Below are positions 1-6,926 of a stretch of 46,463 nucleotides of DNA, piece after piece. The DNA is from an uncultured Bacillota bacterium. GTDB taxonomy: Bacteria; Bacillota_I; Bacilli_A; RF39; UBA660. Under the pieces are notes generated by a model. That model did no database searches, was not told the DNA's origin, and saw only the letters and a list, made by a program, of their open reading frames with translations. The first letter of the stretch is position 1. Every line of letters begins with the position of its first letter. Position numbers and translations under genes: made by a program. The stretch spans positions 1-46,463 of the forward strand of contig CAMOSR010000003.1 of the NCBI GenBank assembly GCA_946625165.1, given 5' to 3'.

Positions 1-57
1 ATCAAGAAAAAAACAACAGAAGGAATAAAAGAAGAGAAGGAGGCAAAATATGGTTGA
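1..57 (+). CDS. 3' end of an unidentified gene cut by the window edge
   Basis: Frame 1 is open from base 1 (IKKKTTEGIKEEKEAKYG) to TGA at 55-57. It overlaps the AGGAGG RBS and ATG (50) of the next gene, suggesting translational coupling. Confidence 0.45.
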   Translation: MKKKTTEGIKEEKEAKYG

Positions 58-829
58 TTTTAAATATGATATAAAAAATGAATTAAAAGAATTTTTAGAA
101 GGCTGCAAATGTGAAGAAATAAGTATAGGTTGTTCAGATACTCAAGTTATAAAAGTAGAAAAAAATCAAGAGGAATATTTTTTAAAAATTGGTGATAAAA
201 AAGTTTTACATAATGAGTTTATTAAATTAGATTTTTTGCAATCAAAACTGCCTGTTCCCAATGTTATATTGCATGATATTAATAATAGCATTGAATATAT
301 CGTAACATCTAAAATTCCTGGTGAAATGGTATGTTCTGATTATTATATGGAACATCAATCGGAGGGAATAGACATTATAGTATCAGCTTTTAAAATGTTA
401 TATGATGTAAATATAGATAATTGTCCTATTGACGTTTCCTTAGATTATAAATTGAAACTAGCAGAGGAAAATATATCTAATGGACTAATACTTGAAGAAA
501 ATGTTAGTCAAGAGGCATTAGATAGATTTGGATCAGCTGAAGGGATTTTAAAATATTTAAAGAAAAATAAATTCAAAGAAGATCTGTGTTTTAGCCATGG
601 AGATATAAGTTTACCTAATATATTTGCATATAATAAAGAATTCTCTGGTTTCATTGATGTTGGAGATTGTGGTGTCGCTGATAAATGGTTTGATATTGCT
701 ATAGTCATAAGATCAATAATACGTAATTTTGGGAAAGAATATGTTTCTGAATTTTTAAATAAATTAAATGTTGAATATGATGAATTTAAATATGATTACT
801 ATATGCTCTTAATGCAATTATATTTATAG
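50..829 (+). CDS. Aminoglycoside 3'-phosphotransferase, APH(3') family
   Basis: N-terminal IGCSDTQV loop and YFLK, Brenner motif HGDISLPNI, GFIDVGDCGVADKWFDIA, and a C-terminal YYMLL similar to APH(3'). Length 259 aa. Confidence 0.85.
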   Translation: MVDFKYDIKNELKEFLEGCKCEEISIGCSDTQVIKVEKNQEEYFLKIGDKKVLHNEFIKLDFLQSKLPVPNVILHDINNSIEYIVTSKIPGEMVCSDYYMEHQSEGIDIIVSAFKMLYDVNIDNCPIDVSLDYKLKLAEENISNGLILEENVSQEALDRFGSAEGILKYLKKNKFKEDLCFSHGDISLPNIFAYNKEFSGFIDVGDCGVADKWFDIAIVIRSIIRNFGKEYVSEFLNKLNVEYDEFKYDYYMLLMQLYL

Positions 830-837
830 GAGAAAAT

Positions 838-1314
838 ATGAACTATAATGTAGAAAAATTATCTGATTATATGTATGATAGAGAATTATTTGAAAAATTA
901 TCAAACCAATTATATTATGTGACTGATCACCTTACTATTGATTATCCACATCATTATGAGTGGTATTATAAAAAACATCTACCATTTATTGGTAAAGAGG
1001 AAAGAGAAGTTTTATTTATAAGAAAAAATGATAATATATGTGGTGTAGCATTTCTAAAAAACACTTTAGATGAAAAGAAAATCTGTACTTTCTACGTTGC
1101 TGAATATGCAAGAAACATAGGAATTGGAAGACAATTAATGAAAACATCTATTGAGTATTTACAAACAAAAAAGCCGTTGATTACAATGCCGGCATCGAAA
1201 GTAAGATATTTTTTACATTTTATGTTTAAATACGATTGGAAAATAACACAAATTAAAGATGGTTATTATACTAGAGAACATGACGAAATTGTTTTTAACG
1301 GAACATTAGATTAA
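838..1314 (+). CDS. GNAT family N-acetyltransferase
   Basis: Acetyl-CoA motif A CTFYVAEYARNIGIGRQLM; AGGAG RBS. Confidence 0.8.
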   Translation: MNYNVEKLSDYMYDRELFEKLSNQLYYVTDHLTIDYPHHYEWYYKKHLPFIGKEEREVLFIRKNDNICGVAFLKNTLDEKKICTFYVAEYARNIGIGRQLMKTSIEYLQTKKPLITMPASKVRYFLHFMFKYDWKITQIKDGYYTREHDEIVFNGTLD

Positions 1315-1315
1315 C

Positions 1316-1345
1316 AAAACTGACTTGATAAATCAAGTCAGTTTT
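1316..1345. terminator. Bidirectional intrinsic terminator
   Basis: Perfect inverted repeat AAAACTGACTTGAT-aa-ATCAAGTCAGTTTT between convergent genes. Confidence 0.8.
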
Positions 1346-1884
1346 TAATTAAGAATAATATTATATCTTAAATCTTTGTGTCCTTTTTTTTCACTACTTG
1401 GGATAGCATTAATGAATTTTCCATAATTTGATTCAATAATTTTCCTTGAAGCAAAGTTATCATCTAAAGTCACAATTATTACATTGTCGATGCCCATTTC
1501 TTTACATTTGTTTAGACATAGTTTAAGTATCTTTTTCCCATACCCTTTTTTTCTTTCAGATGGTCTAATACTATATCCAATATTTCCACCATGTAAATAT
1601 ACATTTAAATTTTTGCATGATGTTCTTATATTTGTGATTCCAACTATTTTGTTTGTAGATTCTTTAATTAGAAAAAATGTGTAACCAGGGCTAACATTTT
1701 TTGGACATGTTCTTTCGTTTTCATATATAGTTAATAAATTTAGCCACGTTTCATACTCATGATAATATTTATCTAAATAGCCAGATCCAATCGCATTTTC
1801 ATTATTCATAAAATATTCTTCAACAAATAATATTGCATCTTTTTTTCTTGAAAGTGTAGGTCTTTCTAAATGTAAATCACACAT
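1345..1884 (-). CDS. GNAT family N-acetyltransferase (RimJ/COG3981-like)
   Basis: GGNIGYSIRPSERKKGYGK and DNFASRKIIESNYG motifs; GAGGTG RBS on the minus strand. Confidence 0.85.
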   Translation of the reverse strand: MCDLHLERPTLSRKKDAILFVEEYFMNNENAIGSGYLDKYYHEYETWLNLLTIYENERTCPKNVSPGYTFFLIKESTNKIVGITNIRTSCKNLNVYLHGGNIGYSIRPSERKKGYGKKILKLCLNKCKEMGIDNVIIVTLDDNFASRKIIESNYGKFINAIPSSEKKGHKDLRYNIILN

Positions 1885-2154
1885 ATAAATTTCACCTCAT
1901 TTAGAGCGAAAATATTATATCATATTTTTAAAATCTTTAAAATGTTAATATAGAAAATTTTGAACAGAAAAAAGAAGCAAAACTTTATTAAATATAAATA
2001 AAGATAATTATTTAGAATAGTAAAGAATTATGTTATAATTTATTCAAGGGAGATATTAAAGTAGCAAGTAGAAAAATAAATAAAGACTTTAAATATTGTG
2101 GTAGAATAAGTAGAAAAGCCTTAAAAAAAGAAAAAAGAAATAGGAGTTATAGAT

Positions 2155-2769
2155 ATGAAATTATTATTAGCAGGTGGCGGAGAGCCAGATCAAGTTAAAA
2201 AATTAGATGAATATTTTGCAAATTATGTTGTTAATGGTAATGTTCTATATATTCCTGTTGCTATGGATAAAATACCATATAGCGATTGTGAACAATGGTT
2301 TAGAGAAACATATGCAGAATATAATTTACACAATATTGATCTATGTACAGATTTATTTAAAGCACCAAATTTAGATGATTATAAAGCAATTTTTATTGGT
2401 GGTGGAAATACTTTTAAACTTTTAAAAGAGATTAAAGAAAGCGGTTTTGATACCAAAATAAAAGACTATTTGGAAAATGGTGGTTTTATATATGGTGGTT
2501 CTGCGGGAGCTATTATATTTGGTGAAACTATAGAAACTTCTAGTCATGCAGATAAAAATTTAGTAGGTCTTACAGATTTAACCGGTTTAAATTTATTAAA
2601 AGGCTACGATGTTTGGTGCCATTATAATGAAGATAAAGATAAAAAAGGAGTTTTAGAATTAAAGCGTCCAACATTTGTCTTGTATGAAGAATCAGGATTA
2701 TTATTTGATGACAATAAATTTGAAACTATAGGTAAAGAACCGTTAGTATTTCCAGATGATTTTGAGTAA
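2155..2769 (+). CDS. Peptidase E / S51 family (class I glutamine amidotransferase-like)
   Basis: LLLAGGG, IFIGGGNTFKLL, nucleophile elbow GGSAGA, and catalytic His in WCHY. Confidence 0.85.
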   Translation: MKLLLAGGGEPDQVKKLDEYFANYVVNGNVLYIPVAMDKIPYSDCEQWFRETYAEYNLHNIDLCTDLFKAPNLDDYKAIFIGGGNTFKLLKEIKESGFDTKIKDYLENGGFIYGGSAGAIIFGETIETSSHADKNLVGLTDLTGLNLLKGYDVWCHYNEDKDKKGVLELKRPTFVLYEESGLLFDDNKFETIGKEPLVFPDDFE

Positions 2770-2792
2770 TTAAAAGTAAAGGCGTGATATTT

Positions 2793-3305
2793 ATGAGTTA
2801 TAAATGTAAAATAGCATCTTTAGAAGAATTAAGTAAAAAATATGACTATGAAATTGAAATTCATCCAAATGATAACAAATGGAAAGAATTTAAAAAAATA
2901 TCACTTAAAAATTTTAATACTAGAATTACTTATATAGGTTTGTTAGATGATAGAATTATTACTGAAGCTACTGCAATTATTTCAGAAGATGATTTAGATA
3001 TGCAAAATAAAGAAGGATTAATTAATAAATCTACTGCATATTTAACCGGCTTTAGATCTAACAAAGAATATGAAGGAAAAGGCTATTTTTCAAAATTATA
3101 TAAATATATGGAAAGTGATTTAAAACAAAAAGGTTTTAAAAAACTAACATTAGGTGTTGAACCAAATGAAGTAAAAAATATGCAAATATATTTTAACTGG
3201 GGATATACCAATTATATAAAAACAGCATATGAAGAATATCCTATCTATAACGAAAATAGACAACCAGAAATAATAGTGGTGAATTATTATTATAAAAATA
3301 TTTAA
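2793..3305 (+). CDS. GNAT family N-acetyltransferase
   Basis: AYLTGFRSNKEYEGKGYFSKL motif A and LTLGVEPNE..N..IYFNWGY motif B. Alternative GTG start at 2784. Confidence 0.8.
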   Translation: MSYKCKIASLEELSKKYDYEIEIHPNDNKWKEFKKISLKNFNTRITYIGLLDDRIITEATAIISEDDLDMQNKEGLINKSTAYLTGFRSNKEYEGKGYFSKLYKYMESDLKQKGFKKLTLGVEPNEVKNMQIYFNWGYTNYIKTAYEEYPIYNENRQPEIIVVNYYYKNI

Positions 3306-3340
3306 GGTAAATTAAAAATAAAAAATTTAACAATAAAAAT

Positions 3341-3384
3341 ATGAGAAACTTTTGAGAAATTTTTGAGAAAAATTTGCGAGCAAT
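3341..3384 (+). repeat. Degenerate 11-bp tandem repeat (3-4 copies)
   Basis: atgagaaactt / ttgagaaattt / ttgagaaaaat / ttgcgagcaat. Confidence 0.5.
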
Positions 3385-3657
3385 TTCCAGTGACATTGGG
3401 AAACAAGCTGATAAAATATGGTTAAATAAAATAATTGTCTTTTGAGAAAAAATTGATATTAATTTATCAATTTTTTTTGGCAATTTTTTCATTTTTTTGG
3501 TAGAAATGGGGAATGATCAAAGTATTACCATAATATTATTTTCAAAGGAAAGATAATACCAAAGTGCCATTATAATTAAAGGAAAACAAGGTAAAAAATT
3601 ACTGATTTATTCCTATAGTAATCTTTTTGCAAGTGCAAAAAGAAAATTAGTACCATA

Positions 3658-3724
3658 AATTTTAACCGAAAAGCCTTATAAAATAAGGGCTCGGTTTAAA
3701 ATTAGGCACAAACCTATATCCTGC
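3658..3724 (+). other. Candidate origin of transfer (oriT) of RP4/MOBP type
   Basis: Imperfect hairpin 3658-3703 (aattttaaccga..agccttat/ataagggc..tcggtttaaaatt) followed by TATATCCTGC (3715-3724). This matches the YATCCTG^Y nic consensus of RP4 oriT and T-DNA borders. Confidence 0.6.
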
Positions 3725-3846
3725 TCTCTTATCTGTGCATTTGATTTTATGGTAATTAAAAGAAAATTTTGTTTTATTAGTTGGGATAATTTTTTAGAAA
3801 ATTATCTCTTTTTTATTTCAAAAATAAAATTAAGGAGGTGAAGAAA

Positions 3847-4233
3847 ATGCGAAAAATATCTATGACTATTGATTAAGATACTTATAATATGCTTCAAAAA
3901 TATATGAAAAAAAATAAGCTTAAAAATGTAAGTAGAACTATCGCATTTTTACTTAGAGATGCTTTAGAAGAAGAAAAATATTTATCTAATATTTCATTGG
4001 TTGATAATAAATTAAACAAAATTTTATATAGAATAAGTATGTATAAAAATCTTTTGGAGCAGATGTATGTTAATTTTGGATTTCCAAAAAACCAAGATGT
4101 TAGAAACAATGAACTTTTAAAAGAGTTTTATTACAAAAATAATAAATTTTGGGAACTTAAACAATATGAAATTGATCATAAACATTTAGAAGTTTACCGT
4201 AAAAAAGTAAACTTCTTTTTGTTTTTTGCATAA
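3847..4233 (+). pseudogene. Ribbon-helix-helix (relaxosome accessory/MobC-like) gene with a premature stop
   Basis: AAGGAGGTG RBS precedes ATG 3847. The frame reads MRKISMTID*DTYNMLQKYMKKNKLKNVSRTIAFLLRDAL, with in-frame TAA at 3874-3876 and a strand-helix-helix pattern. Confidence 0.65.
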
Positions 4234-4253
4234 GAATTTAGGGGGGTATAAAT

Positions 4254-4382
4254 TTGAAAGGGGAAAAAGTTTTAAATAAAGCATTAGACTATGCTTATAT
4301 AAAAAAATTATTAAAATTAAAACTTATTAGTGAAAAAGAATATAAATTAATAAAAGAAAAAATAGATAACTATTATATATAG
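4254..4382 (+). CDS. 42-aa SHOCT-like protein upstream of the recombinase (not in ORF track)
   Basis: AGGGGGG RBS and TTG start. Sequence MKGEKVLNKALDYAYIKKLLKLKLISEKEYKLIKEKIDNYYI contains the SHOCT-like LISEKEY motif. Confidence 0.65.
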   Translation: MKGEKVLNKALDYAYIKKLLKLKLISEKEYKLIKEKIDNYYI

Positions 4383-4457
4383 CTGCAGAATTTATTTATA
4401 CACGGTATAATTATTTTAAGGACATATTATGTTACTTAAATTAGAAAGAGAGGTAAA

Positions 4458-6137
4458 ATGACAGAGGTAAAGATTATCAAAGCAAAAACAAGTGATGATA
4501 ATACTTCCTTAAATAAAGAAAAGAAAAAAGTATGTGGTTATGCTAGAGTAAGTACAGATAGTGATGAACAAATAACAAGTTACAAATCACAAATACAGCA
4601 TTATACAAAAATAATTAAAGACAATCCTGACTGGATATTTGTTGGAATGTATGCAGATGAAGGTATCTCAGGAACGCAGGTTAAAAATAGAGTTCAGTTT
4701 AAAAAAATGATAAAAGATGCTAAAGAAGGTAAAATTGATATGATAATTGCTAAATCAATATCAAGATTTGCTAGAAACACTATGGACACATTAAAATATG
4801 TAAGAGAACTTAGAGATAAAAGAGTAGATATTTATTTTGAAAAAGAAAACATTCATACATTAAATTTAGATAGTGAAATGTTTTTAACTTTATATAGTGC
4901 TTTTGCCCAAGCCGAATCAGAATCAACCTCACAAAATGTAAAAATGGGATTAAAAGCTAAAATGAAACAAGGCGGATACTGCGGTCAAGCTAATCCTTTT
5001 GGTTATAACTGGAACAAAAAATTAAAAAAATTAGAAATAAACAAAAAAGAAGCACCAACCGCTAAACTAATATTTGAACTATATGAAAAAGGACTTGGGT
5101 GTAAAAGGATTGCCGAAAAACTTAATGAGTTAGGGCTACAACCCAGAATTGCAGATAAATGGGATAGTAAAAAAATATCTAGAGTGATCAAAAATGAAAA
5201 ATATGTTGGCGATCTTCTAGGTCAAAAATACTATGTAGATGATCCAATGACTCACAAGAAAAAAAAGAACTTTGGCGAAAAAGAACAGTACTATGCAAAT
5301 GATGTACATGAAGCTATTATCTCAAGAGATTTATGGAATAAATGTCAGGAAATATACAAAAAAAGAAGTAAAAAATATGCTAAAGAACAAGGACATACTA
5401 CTAAATATAGTATGAAATATCCCTTTAGTAGTAAAATAGAATGTGGCTGTTGTAATGGTTCTTATACCAGAAGACTAGGCGGTAAATCTGGCAAAGAAAA
5501 TAAAAGAGTTGCTTACTGGCGATGCTCTAATATAGTTTATAATAAAGAAAGCTGCCAAGCTAAAGACTCTATAAGAGAAGTATATATAGAAGATATGTTT
5601 AAATGTTTATTTAATAAACTGGCTTTACATAAATATAATAAAAATCATTTAAAAGATATTATAAAAGATGTTTTAAATGATAAAGATAACGAAAGCATAC
5701 TTAAAAATCTTTATGAAGAAAAAAAGAATTATGAGGAAAGATTATCACATTTGATAGATCTAAAATTAGATAATTTTGATAATGTAAAGGTTTACGAAAG
5801 TAAAGAAAAAGAGTTAACCGAGAGATTAAAAGAAATAAATGACAGCATTAAACAACAATTAAAAGAAGTAAGCAAAGATAACAAAATAGAAAAACAACTA
5901 TTAGAAATAGAAAAAATATTAGATATGAATATATCCATAGATGAATTTGATGAGGATCTATTTAAGTTATTAATAAAAAAAGTAGTAATTGGAGATTATA
6001 ACGAAAATGGATTGTTTAACCCAAATACTGTAAAATTTATACTTAATATAGACGAGAAAGGCTTTATTTTTGGGAGGAAAAATGCTATGTCAAACTATGA
6101 CGAAAACATCTCCAGCTGGACCACCATACTGCGTTAA
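4458..6137 (+). CDS. Large serine recombinase (integrase)
   Basis: Catalytic YARVST, ADEGISG and KSISRFARN motifs, recombinase domain, zinc ribbon (CGCC...WRC...C) and coiled coil. Confidence 0.95.
   Translation: MTEVKIIKAKTSDDNTSLNKEKKKVCGYARVSTDSDEQITSYKSQIQHYTKIIKDNPDWIFVGMYADEGISGTQVKNRVQFKKMIKDAKEGKIDMIIAKSISRFARNTMDTLKYVRELRDKRVDIYFEKENIHTLNLDSEMFLTLYSAFAQAESESTSQNVKMGLKAKMKQGGYCGQANPFGYNWNKKLKKLEINKKEAPTAKLIFELYEKGLGCKRIAEKLNELGLQPRIADKWDSKKISRVIKNEKYVGDLLGQKYYVDDPMTHKKKKNFGEKEQYYANDVHEAIISRDLWNKCQEIYKKRSKKYAKEQGHTTKYSMKYPFSSKIECGCCNGSYTRRLGGKSGKENKRVAYWRCSNIVYNKESCQAKDSIREVYIEDMFKCLFNKLALHKYNKNHLKDIIKDVLNDKDNESILKNLYEEKKNYEERLSHLIDLKLDNFDNVKVYESKEKELTERLKEINDSIKQQLKEVSKDNKIEKQLLEIEKILDMNISIDEFDEDLFKLLIKKVVIGDYNENGLFNPNTVKFILNIDEKGFIFGRKNAMSNYDENISSWTTILR
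6090..6135. other. Candidate hybrid att site (host/element junction), crossover near 6109-6110
   Basis: CotJC similarity stops at codon 35, where GAT (Asp) replaces the expected GAR (Glu). An unrelated sequence and a stop follow. Confidence 0.7.
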
Positions 6138-6212
6138 AATACATTTAGCCATATTTAAATCTTTGTTTTTAATATTAACTGGATATTGCAATTTTTTTTC
6201 ATATTTCCACAT
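6109..6212 (-). pseudogene. cotJC: 5' fragment of interrupted spore coat protein CotJC (Mn-catalase family)
   Basis: AGGGGG RBS overlapping the cotJB stop. MWKYEKKLQYPVNIKNKDLNMAKCILTQYGGPAG matches the CotJC N-terminus, then the frame diverges to DVFVIV* (stop 6090-6092). Confidence 0.9.
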
Positions 6213-6222
6213 AACTAACCCC

Positions 6223-6768
6223 CTAATAATTTTCCCATGGCCAAGGAGAATCATTCCATGCCCAAGGATAAGTTTTACTCGAATCCACAAAAAGTGGACC
6301 GTATTTAGTTTCATATTCTTTTATAACGTTATTAGAATCTTCTGATAACTCCTTAAATAAATTAATCATATCTCTATCATAAGGATGAGTATCTAAATAT
6401 AAATTTACCTCGTGAGCCGCAAAACAATATGCATCAACCTTAGTAAGAAGTTCTGCCTGCTCATTCATTGGTTTTATGTCATAAGGCCTACTTAATTTAT
6501 ATTGATTAAATAATTCAGGAAACATATTACCTCTAATAAACCCATTATAAATATCATACAGTTTATTTGGATCTGCATCGCCACTATAACCGCACATATT
6601 GAAAGTCATATTGTCGCCCGCTTGTTTTTTAAGCTTATTTATTAGTTTCATATCAATATTAGAATTATTGTAATTTACCTGACCATTTAAATTATTAAAA
6701 GCGCCAGGATATATAGAATTGAAATTGTTTGGCATGTTTATCTCACCTGCATTATAATAGTTATTCAT
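6223..6768 (-). CDS. cotJB: Spore coat protein CotJB with fused N-terminal CotJA-like motif
   Basis: C-terminal CotJB motifs NLYLDTHP, YETKYGPL and WAWNDSPWPWE. Upstream CotJA-like LYDIYNGFIRGNMFPELF. GGAGGT RBS. Confidence 0.88.
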   Translation of the reverse strand: MNNYYNAGEINMPNNFNSIYPGAFNNLNGQVNYNNSNIDMKLINKLKKQAGDNMTFNMCGYSGDADPNKLYDIYNGFIRGNMFPELFNQYKLSRPYDIKPMNEQAELLTKVDAYCFAAHEVNLYLDTHPYDRDMINLFKELSEDSNNVIKEYETKYGPLFVDSSKTYPWAWNDSPWPWENY

Positions 6769-6787
6769 CTAATTACCTCCCTCACAG

Positions 6788-6816
6788 TATAGTATGAAAT
6801 CTAAAAAGTGAAGTGT
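6788..6816 (-). promoter_or_regulatory. Putative mother-cell (sigmaK/sigmaE-type) promoter of the cotJ operon
   Basis: Minus strand ACAC-N16-CATACTATA matches the sigmaK AC-N16/18-CATAnnnTA pattern. The -10 is also sigmaE-like. Confidence 0.55.
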
Positions 6817-6926
6817 AGTTAATAGCCCAGTAGTAAAACATATACATGAAAACAAATTAAATAAGTAAAAACATTGAAATACATTTGTTCGTGTGGTAAA
6901 ATATTTTAAATAGAAGGAGGAACATT

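Larger units (their letters stand above)
1..6110. mobile_element. Right part of a serine-recombinase integrative element inserted in cotJC; left end lies outside the window
   Basis: Large serine recombinase at the boundary, cotJC frame broken at ~6109, oriT-like site, RHH remnant and resistance/GNAT cargo. The cotJC 3' part is not found in 1-6108. Confidence 0.85.

Noticed and set aside
4400-4431. CATATTATG as a sigmaK/sigmaE -10 for the integrase
   Set aside because: No correctly spaced -35 element, and a TATAAT at 4406-4411 offers a sigmaA alternative. Too ambiguous to call.
6070-6345. Plus-strand 91-aa ORF, and the 6314 start of the minus-strand 74-aa ORF
   Set aside because: The first is an antisense shadow of cotJB/cotJC. 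For the second, the real start is the RBS-supported ATG at 6212.
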